Below are positions 41,186 through 55,569 of a stretch of 64,000 nucleotides of DNA, in pieces. A program made the translations under genes and the position numbers. The DNA comes from Octopus vulgaris (taxonomy: Eukaryota): the NCBI GenBank assembly GCA_951406725.2, contig OX597817.1:63736001-63800000 (forward strand). Direction: 5' to 3'. The notes below the pieces were generated by a model, which had not been told where the DNA came from, did not search any database, and saw nothing but the letters and a program-made list of their open reading frames with translations. Numbering within the stretch: position 1 is the first letter of the stretch; every line of letters starts with the position of its first letter.

Positions 41186-41642
41186 CAGGGTGTCCCAGAA
41201 TTAACTATTTCAGTAAAATTGGACAATTTTTTTAAAAATCATTTTTATTTATGTTTATCATGCTTAATATATGTTAAAAGTGTATAATTTTTTTTTTATT
41301 TTGCTTATAATTTTATAATTCTTATGATTTTTTAATAATTTTATTTTAATTCCTGCTGGATCCCGCTTATCTGTTCATGGCAGCTTTTTCTCAATTTGGC
41401 TGCAATCATTTTCTTTACCTCTACCCCACATTCAGTTAGTAATGCAGGAGATAGCTCCTGAAATGTATCGGATAGATTTGAAATTTGCCGCATGTTAAAA
41501 ATTTTCAATATAGTTTTGGCGTAAGATTTATAAATCTATTTGTTTTGGTGCCATAGTTGAATAATAAACATAGAATTCTGTTAGCTTTTTTTTTAATTTG
41601 CCCGATTTCATTGAAATAGATAGTTAATTCTGGAACACTCTG
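41186..41642. mobile_element. Tc1/mariner-type MITE, ~50-bp TIRs, TA target duplication
   Basis: ta|cagggtgtcccagaattaactat... and ...atagttaattctggaacactctg|ta are inverted repeats flanked by TA. Confidence 0.85.
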
Positions 41643-42066
41643 TATAGACATGGTTTCTATTATTTTGGGAAAACTATACAGAGACTAAAGTATTTATTTG
41701 TCATATGCCGGTAACTCTGGAAGTATACTTTGACCACTATGGACAATATCAGAAAATATGACATACATACAATAATTAGAATTTGATTTTTATTAAATTG
41801 TTTGATGATTATACAAAATGATAAAATGAAAACTGATTTTCAAAAGAAAATTATCCATTACCTTAAAATAAAATTAAATGAAAAAGCAAATTTCTCCTTT
41901 GTACATTCTCAATAAATATACTAGTATTTTTCTAAATTTTATTTAAATAATTGCAATCGATTCTGTACACAACGTATCACAGCAAAATTTCATTAAAAAA
42001 TGTGTATCTTTCAGAAAGTTATAAGAATCAAAACAGGTGGTGGAGCACCAAACTGTATAGTTACGC

Positions 42067-42415
42067 CTCTCTCTCTTTTTCTCTCTCCCTCTTTCTTTCT
42101 CTCTCCCTCTTTCTTTCTCTCTCCCTCTTTCTTCCTCTCTCTCTCACTTTTCTCTCTCCCTATCTCTCTTTCTCTCTCTCTTTCTCTCTCTCTCTTTCTC
42201 TCACCCCCCTCTCTTTTTGTCTCTCTCTCTCTCTCTATTTCTCTCGCCAAACCTTGTAAATGTACTAATACAGCTACTCTTATGTTAATTTTCTATCTAT
42301 GTTTTACTCTCTCTCTCTCTCCCTCCTTCTCTCTCTCTCTCTCTCTCTCGATGTTTCTTTCTCTTTCTCTCGGTGTTTTTTTTCTCTTTCTCTCTCTCTC
42401 TGTCTTTCTCTCTCT
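42067..42415. repeat. CT-rich low-complexity tract
   Basis: (CT)n with a repeated ctctccctctttcttt subunit. Confidence 0.9.
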
Positions 42416-43400
42416 GTAAAGTGTAACAGAAGAGAATCAACCAACCAACGTATATATCGACTGCTATTATTGCATAGAGATACCACGACAAGCTAGTTTA
42501 GGAAACACTGACATAAAGCCAGGGGTTTTACAGCTTTATAAGGCAAAGCAAAGCTATGGTAAAACTGCCTCTCGAGTGACTTCTCTGCCTAAGTTGTTCG
42601 CAAAAAAGATCTTTAAATAATATGGAAAGATTACGATATTTCAATATTTGTCAAACAGAACTGAATGTATTTTGTAAATTCATATGCTATTGAATTATTT
42701 GCACTCGAATAGGTAATGGCATCTTCAATTTCCACTTTTGAAATTTCAGATCATTCTATATCTTTATAGTAATCGGCTGCTATTCCCTCCAATTTGATAG
42801 AAATAAAACTATTTTTCATCTTTCCCATCTGGGTCCAAAAGTCTAAGATATTCAAAGTAGACAATTAATATAACAAAAGCTTCTTCAGATTAATCCATTT
42901 AATACAGTAACGTTGATTTATAATAATGGCATTGTTCATTATGATAACAGCTAGACTGTGAAAATCTCTGGAATCCGAAATTTCAATGAGACAATATCTA
43001 ATCAAAAATGTATTTCACACACCACCACATGACAACAAACGAAATAAATTTATCCGTAGTTATTAATAAAATGCCGGAATAATACATTTCTGGAGCGGAC
43101 TCTCTCAAAATTACACGTGATATGAAATCAAGTGTAACCTTGTTACAAGAACGCTCCTCGAAAAAGTGAGACACCTCGGCAGTGTTCATAATTATTTGAT
43201 ATAGCATTATAAAATAATCAGAGAATATTCGATACTGTTCATTATCTTCAGACATAAAGAAGTTGAGTTTTACGTACAATGGTATATACAAAAATACAGT
43301 AACATGCATAAATGCATATATACATATACATATATGCATACATACACACTCACACATTCACACAAAAACACACACACATTCACACAAAAACACACACACA

Positions 43401-43471
<71 letters not shown>

Positions 43472-43559
43472 CATTTTCTTTAAAATTATTAATTGTATTT
43501 AAAACAACTTAAAAGAGAGAATGACACAAACCTTTTGGAAGGAAGCCATTGTATTGTAT

Positions 43560-43900
43560 ACGCGCGCTTTTGCTGTTTAACGCTTTTCATACACGCGTTA
43601 AGAGATAATCTGTATAGAGGAAGTTGTGTTTAGTAGCAGTGTTCACTGAATGGGAATTATATCACGTAGACGGGATCAAAATTAATATATCGGGTTAGAA
43701 TACACAAGCAACAAATCGAACATTCATTTCTTAGAAATTTTTCCTGTAGTGAACATCAAGACATTTGCACGAATCAAAAATTCAAAATATTCTTTTCGTT
43801 TTTTCAAAACAAGGGATGGAACGGATCAAGTACGAATGGCAGAAGAACAATACATTTTAAGAATTTTTAATCCGAAACTAACCTTGAACACCACTACAAA
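43560..43900 (+). mobile_element. Penelope-like GIY-YIG endonuclease C-terminal remnant
   Basis: YI.*TGSKLIYRVRIHKQQIEH ... CSEH ... RMAEEQYILRIFNPKL pattern in broken frames. Confidence 0.6.
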
Positions 43901-44508
43901 AAACAACTTCCTCTACACAGATTACACTATGTCATGTGTGTTTGAAAAACTGTAAACTATGAAAGCCCTTACACAATACAAAAACTTCGTTTCAAAAGAT
44001 TTGTTATTCTGTTACTTTATAAGATTTATTTTATAAAATCAATAATATTGAGACTATCAAGAGTTCTTTCTAAAACATTTTTTTTAATGCGTGTGTGTGT
44101 ATTTGTATTGAATATTAAATTACTCGCATTTAACAGTTTCGTTTTATGCCTATCATGTAAATAGAAGATATCTAGAGGATGCTTTTAACCAACACTGTTA
44201 CGGTCCTTGTAGGTAATTTCTCTGTTTCGTGTATGCGTGGACAGAAAAGTCGGAAGAGCAGTATGTTTCGATTCTCGATGGATCGTCACCAGCAACTATG
44301 TATCTTCTCAGCCTAACAAGGAACATATTACTTATAAACTCACTGATATTAGTGGCTAAAGTAAACGAGATAGACAAATTTGAATATTAACATTATTCTT
44401 GGTTGCGAGACCGAACATTATAGTTCCGTTGAGAAAGTTTTATTTTATTGTATGGTAGAACATGTATTGTAGGACATATGGAACATATGTATTATAGAAC
44501 ATCTTTAG

Positions 44509-44800
44509 ATGGCCCAGTGGTTCGGGCAGCGGACTCGCAGTCGGAGGATAGCGGTTTCGATTCCCAGACCGGGCGTTGTGTGTTTATTGAGCGAAAACAC
44601 CTGAAAGCTCCACGAGGCTCCGGCAGGGGGTGGTGGTGACCCCTGTTGTACACTTTCGCCACAACTTTCTATCACTCTCTTTTCCTGTTTCTTGAGTAAA
44701 ATTGCAATGGACTGGCGTCCCGTTCAGCTGGAGGGAACACATACGCCACAGAAACCGGCAAACGGGCCCATGAGCCTGGCTAAGCTTGAAAAGGGCGACG
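44509..44800 (+). mobile_element. SINE family C (alternative 3' tail)
   Basis: Same head; tail ...gggcccatgagcctggctaagcttgaaaagggcgacg is shared with 60700-61008(-). Confidence 0.88.
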
Positions 44801-44994
44801 TTACTGTTTGTTATAACGATTGTAAGTAATTTGTATACTAATTGCATGGACAATAAAAGGCCAAGATAGGAGCGAAATTTTTTCTGTATTGTCCATGAAT
44901 ATTTATCTCGACTTTTGTGACTTTTTCTCATTTTCTCAAATTCATCCACCCTCTAATTTAAAAAAAGAACATTTATACAAAAAAGCTTTTTATA

Positions 44995-45560
44995 GACGCG
45001 GACATGGCTGTGTGGTAAGACGTTTGCTCCCCAACTACATAGTTTCGAGTTCAGTTTCACTGCGTGGCACCGTAGCAAGCGTCTCCTACTATTACCCCAG
45101 GTCAACCATAGCCTTGTGAGTGGAGTTGGTGGACGGAAACTGTGGAAGTTAATCGTTTATAAAAAAGGAAAATGTCCCTCGCATTTGAAAACTATGGAAA
45201 TATTTTTTTAAAAACATTTCATTTAATTTTTCCACAATTTAATCGTTTTTCATACTTTACTTTAAGTTGAAAAGATCGCAAAGCCTGATAAAATTATTTT
45301 AGCATTTCCTACCTTGTCTTATTTGCCTTATATATGTGTGTGTATGTGTGCGTGTGTGTGTGTGCGTTTGTATGTGTCTTTGAATTATATGTGTCGCATA
45401 TGTATGTATATATATAGATGTGTGCATGTGTGTGTCTTTGTGTTTATGTTTGCCCCAAAACTTTTGACAACTAGGGTAGATTTGTTCGACTAAAACTATT
45501 CAAGGCGGTACCTCAGCATGGCTACAGTCCATTGACTAAAACAAGTAAACGATAAAATGA
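44995..45560 (+). mobile_element. SINE family A, old interrupted copy
   Basis: Head at 44995-45150 and tail at 45430-45560. Confidence 0.7.
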
Positions 45561-45729
45561 TAACAGAGGGGAACAAAAATATTTTTATTGTAACGATGAG
45601 GTCACATATCAAATGCGAGTGTGTGTGCGTGTGTGTGAGTGTGTGTGTGTGTATGTGTATTCGAAATCTGATTTGATTCATTACATGTCTGTTCGATTCA
45701 ATGTTAATACTAGTTAGATATAAACGCTA

Positions 45730-47345
45730 CAAAAATTTTCAAAAATTTTGATGAAATTTTATAAAAACTTTTCAAAAATTTTGATAAAATTTCAAAAAAT
45801 TTTCAAATATTTTGATGAAAACTTTTCAAAAATTTTGAAGAAAAACTTTTCAAAAATTTTCATGAAAATTTTCAGAAAACTTTTCAAAAATTATCATAAA
45901 AATTTTCAGAAAACTTTTCAAAAATTTTGATGAAAATTTTCAAAAAACTTTTCAAAAGTTTCGATGAAAAGTTTCAAAAACTTTTCAATACTTCTGATGA
46001 AAATTGTCAAAAAACTTTCCAAAATTTGTTGAAAATTTTTCAGCAAAATTTTTGAAGAGTTTTTTGAAAATTTCATCAAAATTTTGGAAAGGTTATTTGA
46101 AAATTTTCATCAAAATTTTTGAAGAGGTTTTTGATAATTTTAATCAAAATTTTTGAAAAGTTTTTGAAAATTTACATCAAAATTTTTGAAAATCTTTTGA
46201 AAATTTTAATCAAAAGTTCTGAAAATTTTTCTCAAAATTTTCATCAATTTTAAAAATCTACTTTGAAGATTTTCATCAAACTTTTGGAAAGGTTTTTGAA
46301 AATTTTCATCAAAATTTTGGAAGAGTTTTTTGAAAATTTTCGTAAAAACTTCTGAAAGGTATTTGGAAAATGTTCATCAAGAATTTTGACAAGTTTTTTG
46401 AAAATATTAATCAAAATTTTTTAAAGTTTTTTTCAAAATTTTCATCAAAATTTTGGAAAGTTTTTTGCAAATTTTCATCAAAATTTTGTATACTTTTTTG
46501 AATATTTTCATCATAATGATTGAAAGTTTTCATCAAAATTTTTGAAGTTTTTTGAAAGTTTTCATCAAAATTTTTTAAGTGTTTTTTGAAAATTTCATCA
46601 AAATTTTGGAAAGGTTTTTTGAAAATTTTTTGAAAATTTTTGAAAATTTCATCAAAATTTTGGAAAGGTTTTTGAAAATATTGATCAAAATTTTTGATTG
46701 TTTTTTTGCAAATTTTCATCAAAATTTTGTATACTTTTTTTGAATATTTTCATCATATTGTTTGAAAGTTTTCATCAAAATTTTTGAAGTGTTTTTTTGA
46801 AAATTTCATCAAAATTTTGGAAAGGTTTCTTGAAAATTTTCATCAAAATTTTGGAAAGTTTTTGAAAATTTTAAGCAAAATTTTTGAAGAGGTTTTTGAT
46901 AATTCTCATCAAAACTTTTGAAAAGTTTTTTGAAAATTTTCATAAAAATTTTTGAGGTGTTTTTTGAAAATTCCATCAAAATTTTAGTAAGGTATCTTGA
47001 AAATTTTTATCAAGAATTTTGACATGTTTTGAAAATATCAATCAAAATTTTTGAAAAGTTTTTGAAAAATTTCATCAAAATTTTTGATTTTGGAAAGATT
47101 TTGGAAATTTTCATAAAAATTGTATTGATTTTTTGAAAATTTCATCAAAATTTTTGAAGCGGTTTTTGATAATTCTCATCAAAACTTTTGAAAAGTTTTT
47201 TGAAAATTTTCATAAAAATTTTTGAAAGTTTTTTGAAAATTTTCATCCAAATTTTCATCCACATTTTTTGAAAATTTTATTGAAAATTTTTGAAAATTTT
47301 AATGAAAATTATCAAAAATTTTGATGGCAATTTTCAAAATCCTTT
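45730..47345. repeat. A/T-tract satellite, ~33-bp unit made of ~11-bp subunits, with an internal strand switch
   Basis: ttttcaaaaattttgatgaaaattttcaaaaaac-type units to ~46030, then the reverse-complement form ttttgaaaattttcatcaaaatttt. Confidence 0.9.
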
Positions 47346-47351
47346 ATGAAA

Positions 47352-47552
47352 TTAAGAAGATACTGCGATTAATTGTGAATAAAATTTAGATTATTTGATC
47401 CTGTCCTTATGTCTAATATCAGAAATTACTTCGTAAAAACATAAAAGTTATAAGAAGATACTGCGATTAATTGTGAATAAAATTTTAATTATTTGATCCT
47501 GTCCTGATGTCTATTATCAGAAATTACTTCGTAAAAAAATTATAAAAGTTAT
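47352..47552. repeat. ~100-bp tandem duplication
   Basis: aagaagatactgcgattaattgtgaataaaattt...cagaaattacttcgtaaaaa...taaaagttat occurs twice. Confidence 0.9.
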
Positions 47553-47797
47553 GAGTAACCTTTTGCTTTTTAGTTTTCACGACAATTTTAATTTCTTTTT
47601 TCAAATATGATTGTAAAAATTATTAGATTTGAAAAGAGAATTATTTTAAAGTTCAACCATTGTTTTTCTGATAATTCATCCTTAAGATACGACAAGCTTA
47701 GCTCTATATAATTATAGTTGATATAAATATTGGCTGGTTGGCTGGTTGGTTGACTGGTTGTTTTCTTCGGCCACCCTTTACATCGTGTAGAGAAAGT

Positions 47798-47830
<33 letters not shown>

Positions 47831-48536
47831 AAAGAGAGCTAGAGAGAATGTTAAGAGAGGGTGAGTACACATAAGTAGGAGTGATGGCAGAAAGGGAACG
47901 CACACACACTCACACACACAGAAAAAAATCATAAAGGAGGATGAGAATGAGGGGGAGGAGGAGGTGCTGCAGGAGGTGGAGGAGGCTGAGTAGGAGGAGG
48001 AGGCGGAGGAGGAGGAGAGGCGGAGGAAGAGGAGGAGGAGGAGAGTCAATGATAGAATAGTTATGGGAGGAGTTATACAAATGAGAAATTTGTTTTGTTT
48101 AATTTTAAGGTAATAAATATTTTCTATTGAAAATTATCATTAATTACATTATTTTATATTACCACCAAAAAATTTGATAATAAAAGTTAGATTACAATTA
48201 TTTTATGTTGGCCATATTTTCTATTACCCATATTTTTTATTACCTAAAAGAATACTTCCAAAATTACCCGTCATATTTTAACAAGAATATCAACTTTGAA
48301 GTTTCTTCTTCTCGTCAGCTTTTTGTAAAATGCGTTTTTCCTCTACCTGGTCGTTTAATTTGCTAGAAATAGCAGGGTCTCGAAGTCTTTTTTTCGACAT
48401 AATTGTAATCTATATAATCAAAAGATGAGGAAACAAAGTTGAGATGCGTGAATAATTTCACCCCCGATTCTAACTTTTTTCTTTTAACATTAAATTCAGA
48501 TACAGTCGTCATCTACACCATCTGAAAGGTATTTTC

Positions 48537-48757
48537 TTTAATTCTTTTACTTGCTTCAGTCATTTGATTGCGGCCATGCTAGAGTGCTGCCTTGAAGGAA
48601 CTTAGTCGAACAAATCAATCTCAGGACTTTTTTTTAGCCTAGCCCTTATTCTATCGGTACTTTTGCCAAACTGCTAAGATACGGGGACGTAAACTCACCA
48701 ATATCGGTTGCCAAGCGGTGGTAGGGAGATAAGCACAGACACAAAGACATACATACA

Positions 48758-48770
<13 letters not shown>
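48537..48770 (-). mobile_element. SINE family A 3' half
   Basis: Reverse complement of the family tail, ending in microsatellite. Confidence 0.8.
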
Positions 48771-48856
<86 letters not shown>

Positions 48857-48995
48857 AGAATTCACGAAAAAAGCAAAAGACGAAAACAGGTGGTGTAGAA
48901 AACAAACAAATGCATTAGTATAACGCTCGGGAATTGAAAAAGTCTTTTACGTTTCGAGCCTACGCTCTTCCACAGAGAAAAACAAGGAGAAAAAA

Positions 48996-49043
<48 letters not shown>

Positions 49044-49249
49044 TACATACATACATAAAGTTCGGTGTGTGGTAAACCAATTTTTTTTGCTGAACCCTAA
49101 TTATATAAAGTAATGTTTAAATTTACCGTATAAGGTCCTTTTACATACTGAACACTGCTTGATAAAATCATTAATTACTAATTAATTAATTAATTTTACC
49201 CTTATTATTATTGACAATACATACATACATACATACATACACACATACA

Positions 49250-49820
49250 CACAGGGTGTAACAGGTAAATTGAGACCATTTAATTATTTTTATTATAATT
49301 GGTATAACTCGGAAACTCAAACACTGCAAATTTTATATTTATGCCAACTTATTGTGGAGTGTTTAGTACCTACTTCAGTTCAATGTTACCACCATTTGAT
49401 CTCTTTGTCAGTTCAATCCGTTTATGAAATGATGCGCATGTCTTAAGTATTTCTTCTTTTTTCATTTTACTTCGCTTGATCAAAGCCTTCAGTGAAGACA
49501 CACAGTTGTAGTTAGGATGTTACGGTGTCTTCTCACGTACGATCTCATATTTTGTCTCACAGTCCTAGGAACGGTCATTTTATTGTTTCCTAGATCTTGA
49601 GCCGACTTCGTCATCGATTTTGATGGGTTCGACTCACTAAATCTTTCAAGTCCTGTTAGAAGCGAGGTGTGCGTTGTCGGTCACTACAAGGACTGTGACG
49701 CTTTCTCTGAACATCCTGACTTCAATTTGACTACAACTCTAAAGACAGTAGATTTGGCATAATTTGTGGCTTTAACAATCTGCCCAGCACTTTTACCGGC
49801 GCGGAATAATTCAGCAATTA
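49250..49820 (-). mobile_element. Internally deleted Tc1/mariner element
   Basis: CAGGGTG terminus at ~49252; minus-strand N-terminal HTH-like peptide ELFRAGKSAGQIVKATNYAKSTVFRVV. Confidence 0.55.
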
Positions 49821-49943
49821 CATTATACATCCATCCATCCATCCATCCATCCATCTATACATACATACATACATACATACATACATACATACATACATAA
49901 TTGTATATATATATTCACGCGCGCGAGCGCGCACACACACACT

Positions 49944-49985
<42 letters not shown>

Positions 49986-50357
49986 GCGGTGAGCTGGCTG
50001 AATCAATTAGCATTCTGCGCAAAATGCTTAGCAGCATTTCTTTTGGCTTTCCGTTCTGAGTTAAACTTACGCCAAGGTCGACTTTGCCTTTTATCTTTGC
50101 AAGGTCGATAAAATAGTAGATACCAAGGCCTGGTATTTATGGTAGAAAGATGTGTGTGTGTGTGTGTGTGTGTATAATACAAAAATGGGACAAGAACGCA
50201 AAACATCCAGACAATTAGGTGAAACAAAAAAAGGGAAAACAAAATATCCAGACAGACAATACAAGGAAAACAAGGACGGATCATTCGGCGTTTTCTATCC
50301 TCAGTCGAGTTCCAGATTATCTTTGCAATTTCGGCTGGTTATACTGGTTATACTGGT

Positions 50358-50401
<44 letters not shown>

Positions 50402-50404
<3 letters not shown>

Positions 50405-50620
50405 GATGGCTAGTGTAAATTCCTGGCTTTAAAGGTGTCGCAAAAGGCTTGGTTAGAGGCCCAACCTTCAGAGTTCTTTCACAGTGTTTAGGAAAACTGA
50501 AGGACCGCTGCAATAAGTGTGTGAATCTGAGAGGGGAATATGTTGAATAAAATCATAGTTAACTGATCCACCTGTATTTTCTTTTACCTGAAGCCAAGAT
50601 CTTTTCAGCACCACTTAGTA
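50402..50620 (+). mobile_element. Mariner-derived MITE
   Basis: Contains the mariner C-terminus DRCNKCVNLRGEYVE* and a TIR-like end gccaagatcttttcagcacc...ta, with a degenerate left TIR (aaattcctggc). Confidence 0.6.
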
Positions 50621-50658
50621 TATATATATATATACACTCACATGTAGATTAAAATTCT

Positions 50659-51014
50659 CTGGATTTAACTTTTCAATGGAGCGGTAAATTCTGAAGCATA
50701 TTTAAATTTAATTTGAACTCAATATAAGGAAACGAACATGCTATAAATTATATAATAATGCATTTGGTTTCTAGGCATAAATGACATTTTGTATTCTCTA
50801 ATTGTTTTCCTATTTTTGTGAAGGGTGAGAAGTTTTATTAAGAATATTGCTGCTAATTTTAATGACACTTATGTTTCGCAATTGAAACTATTTATTTATC
50901 TTCTTTTATTGACAATAGCGCTGATGAATTTAATGACTAATTTGCGTAACTGTTTATGTGTGTGCGTGTTTGTATTCACAAAACAATACTTAAATATAAA
51001 CATACATAGACGTA

Positions 51015-51077
<63 letters not shown>

Positions 51078-51180
51078 ACGAAATAGATAGACAAACAGAC
51101 AGACAGATAGGTAGGTAGGTAGGTAGGTAGGTAGGTAGGTAGGTAGGTAGGTAGGTAGGTAGGCAGGTAGGCAGGTAGAC

Positions 51181-51277
<97 letters not shown>

Positions 51278-51421
51278 TGGCAATTATCCCACTAATTGCA
51301 TTTTATCTCCATTTTGCGCCTCCGCAATCGTAATCCCGGATCCCACACCGACACATACACACACACACATTAGTGTGTGATGGTGTGTGTGTAAACATGA
51401 ATACTTATATACATATACACA

Positions 51422-51468
<47 letters not shown>

Positions 51469-51891
51469 CATATTCAAATATATGTATCTACATACACAAA
51501 ACACACACACACACACACAAAACAAACAAAATTATTTTATTTGACGGAGGTATTTGTGACACGTAAGAATTCCATTCCATAAATTACTTTTACCTTAAAA
51601 GCGTCGAATGATTATTCAACGTTTAAAACATGAGTCATTAAATTCATTAGTGATATTCTCAATAAAAGAAGATTTTAAAAAATAGTTTCAGTTATGGGAC
51701 ATAGGAGTCTTTAAAATTAGCTGTAATATTTCTAATAAAGAACCACATCCTCACCAAAAGAAAGCAATTTGGGATAATAAAATATTAATGATTATTATGT
51801 AATTTATTATGTTTCGTTTCGTAATATTCGGTGAAAATTAATTTTAAATGCGTTCTGGAATTTACCGCTCCATTCCAAAATGAAAACTCCA
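50659..51891. mobile_element. Old MITE-like element with long (~290 bp) diverged inverted arms around microsatellites
   Basis: 50659-50945 (ggagcggtaaattc...tcttcttttattga...atgaatttaatgact) is the diverged reverse complement of 51630-51891. Confidence 0.7.
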
Positions 51892-54800
51892 GCCTAACTA
51901 GATAGACTTAATTTCAAAACTAAAAGCATTTCACAATAAATATAAATTTATGACGTGTGTGTGGGAGTGGAGGTGAATGTCTAAACAGTCGGATGAAGGT
52001 AAGCCGGCCGAAGCTGGACATTATGAACAGAAGATCCCTCAAGAGCAACAAAGAGTCAGTTGAGAAAGCGTGTAAATAATTCTAATTAAAAAGAGGAGGT
52101 TGTGAACAATGAAGCCAGAAAAAATTCCACCTTGTCTCAAACCTAGGCTGGACCAACCTAGGTAAGGTTGCCTGAATGAAGATATATTTTGTAAGACCCG
52201 AAACAACAACCAGTAACCCCAAAATACAACACTGACGATGTATCCAAGTATTGCATCTGTAGATGTATGTTGAACTAATACACGTATTATGGAAAATGAT
52301 ATTGAACAAACAATCTGCAATGTTAGAAGAAAAATATATGTGCATCCGTTTTGTTTGCATCTATAACGCAGTAAAACATTTTTTCTCTACGTATAATACT
52401 AGATCAATCATCCAAAAATTTAATTTCATGTATCTTTGTAAATAACAGTAGAGACTTTGATGTGTTTTTCAGTACAGGTTTATCTATTTCCAAGTTTATA
52501 CTAATGTAAGCATAAAAAGAAAGAGAACGAGTACGCGTGACGTCTTTGAAGGTGAAAGTTGGAGGGGGGAAAGATCGATAAAAGAAAGGGAAAAGGATAG
52601 TAGAAAGCAGTGCGAGAGAATCGTGGCACTCCGTCGGTTACGACGACGAGGGTTCCAGTTCAACCGATCAACAGAACAGCCTGCTCGTGAAATTAACGTG
52701 CAAGTGGCTGAGCACTCCACAGACACGTGTACCCTTAACGTAGTTCTCGGGGAGATTCAGCGTGACAAGAATGTCCCTTTGAAATACAGGTACAACAGAA
52801 GGAAGAAAGAGTGAAAGTTGTGGTGAAAGAGTACAGCAAGGTTCGCCACCACCTCCTGCCGGAGCCTCGTGGAGCTTTTGGTGTTTTCGCTCAATAAACA
52901 CTCACAACGCAGGGTCTGGGAATCGAAACCGCCATCCTATGATCGCTATTGCTTCTTTAGCCTGTGACTCTACACTCTGTTCTCTGCCTCTTATTTGTTT
53001 CTCTCTATCCCTCGATAATCCTTTATATTTCTTTTTCTTCCCCTCCTTCTTTGCTGTCACCTGTCATCTTTCTTTGCTTCTCCCTTTTCCTCACTCCCTT
53101 CGTTTCTTTCCCTTCTCCTCTCTCTTATCCCTTTTCCCCTCTGCCTGTTGATCACACGTGACTACGAGCCATTTTTCCCGTCTCTCTGTCTTTTTTGGAT
53201 GAGACGTCTAGTCAGCTGGACGTAATTTCTCTCGCTTCTCGATATTTTTTCTCTTCAAGTATTTTTTCTCTCCTACTATTTTTTCTCTTCTATTTATCCT
53301 ATATCCTTTCAAAATTTCTCCCAGGCGTTACCCATGACAATTCGTCTTGGCCTAACGGCCCTTAATACCTGTCTTTGTCGATTGTTTACTCTTTACGTTC
53401 ATTCTGGTGTCGCTTGTTCGTTCGAAACCCTAGCTCTTCATAAATTTTGTATTTTAAAAATTTCTGGATACTGATATCTTATGAAGTTTTCCTGTCTTGT
53501 CGTTGAAAGCTGGAAACAGGTAATAATAACTAGTCAACAACTGAGGAGGAGTTAGACTTTCTTTGATATTTTATCCTGCATTTTTCACTCGTTGGTGATG
53601 TCCTGTATTTAATGTGCATTTTTTTGCATTTATCCTGTACTTATCTCTCGTGTGTTTACGTACTTTTTACTCGCTGGTGATGTCCTGTACTTAAAGTGTA
53701 TTTTTAATTTTATATGTACTTAATGTGTATCTTTAAATTTATATACCCACATGGATCTGGGTTCAGTCCCACGGCGTGGCATCTTGAGCAAGTATCTTCT
53801 GCTATAGCATCGGGCCGACCAAAGCCTTGTGAGTGGATTTGGTAGACGGAAAGAAACCCATTGTATATATATATATATATATATTAACTAAAGATTATGA
53901 TTATTAACCCCACAAAGAGGTGAGAGAAGAGAGCGAAGCTTTTGGCTGACTGTCATCCTGTACTTGCCTTGTTGCTAGCGAAATAGTATATGACAACTGT
54001 GTGAGCAACTGGTTGTTTTAATGGCGGAACAAACGGGAATTCCATTAGAAAAGTTTTAATCGATTTTCTCAATAAGTATGGATGCTATGAAAAAAATACA
54101 AACCGCATTCCAATCTATGTACCCGTCTCCATATGTCTGCCATATTTTACGCGAATCTACCCAGCCGTTTTGGCATAATAACGCCTCCTCAGTAACCAGC
54201 AGCGAAAAAAAATGTAACATTGAAAAAGATATAACACCCAAAAATATGTCGTTTAGCAAGTACCAATCCACGTTTGTGTGTACACGAGAGTGTTAAAAAT
54301 GATGTACACGTTATTTTAATATCTGCTGATTCGAGTTCACATACCGAAATGCATACACATTATTGACGTCATAAGAATTCATAAACTTTCAAAAGAACAT
54401 GAAATATTTCTTTTTTTTTTTGATCAGTGGATCTCAAAGCACACAAAGCTATAACAGCAAGTAAAAATTGTATTGAAAACCATTTTGGAAATAAAACGTC
54501 AAAGGTTACCCGTGGAACTCCAACTCAGATCTCTAGTAGATATAACAGGTATTCTAACATTGGACCAAAGCAATCTTTCAAACTTCTTTACCCATTTTAG
54601 AAGCTTTGATCCTTTGATCCTATGACATAATGCCTGTCATGACTCCAGATGTGGGTTCAAGACTCACCAGAATTGAATAAGCAGTCAATCTTTAGAAATT
54701 CAAGATAAATCAATTGTGAATGTAGGCCCTCACAATTTCAGTGTGTGCGCGTGCGTGTGTGTGTGTGAGTGTATAAAATTCAGAAAATTAAACGATAAGG

Positions 54801-54967
54801 ATAGATATGTGTATATCGTTTAACGTCCGCCTTCCACACACACACACACACATACATATATATAAAGAGAGAGGGGGAGAGATAGATAGATAGACAGATA
54901 AATGTATATATATATGTGTGTGTGTGTATATATATATATACATATGCATACATACATATATATACAT

Positions 54968-55030
<63 letters not shown>

Positions 55031-55205
55031 GTGAATTGAAGAAATGGAGTTGAACGAAGATTGAACAGAAATCGTTTTATTGCATTCTACACGTGTTTCG
55101 AAAGGCACAATTTACCAAATTCCGATTGAATAAGGATTTTTGCTACCAAGGTATCGGTTAAACTTTTGATTAATCTGCAACAAGATTATTCATCTTTCTA
55201 TTTCA

Positions 55206-55260
<55 letters not shown>

Positions 55261-55273
55261 GAGAGAGAGAGAG

Positions 55274-55314
<41 letters not shown>

Positions 55315-55569
55315 TGTTTATAGTATATATGATATATACACATATACATATATTATATGCAGACCGTATATGTGTGAATACATTATACATATGAATGTAT
55401 GTCTCTTCTGATTTTAATTATTCAAATTCTTCCTCTGAAGAAGGAGCTGGTTGCTAACAAAGATACAAAGCGCTATCTTTGGAATGTAGATAACGAAAAC
55501 AATGTTAGATTTTAAACCGAAGAAAAGCCTTGCATAGTTTTACTGTTCCACTTACAGATTGTATTTCAT

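Noticed and set aside
47588-48049. 153-aa ORF with a signal-peptide-like start
   Set aside because: Built from (GGA)n, (CA)n and (GA)n low-complexity tracts, and starts at a non-ATG codon.
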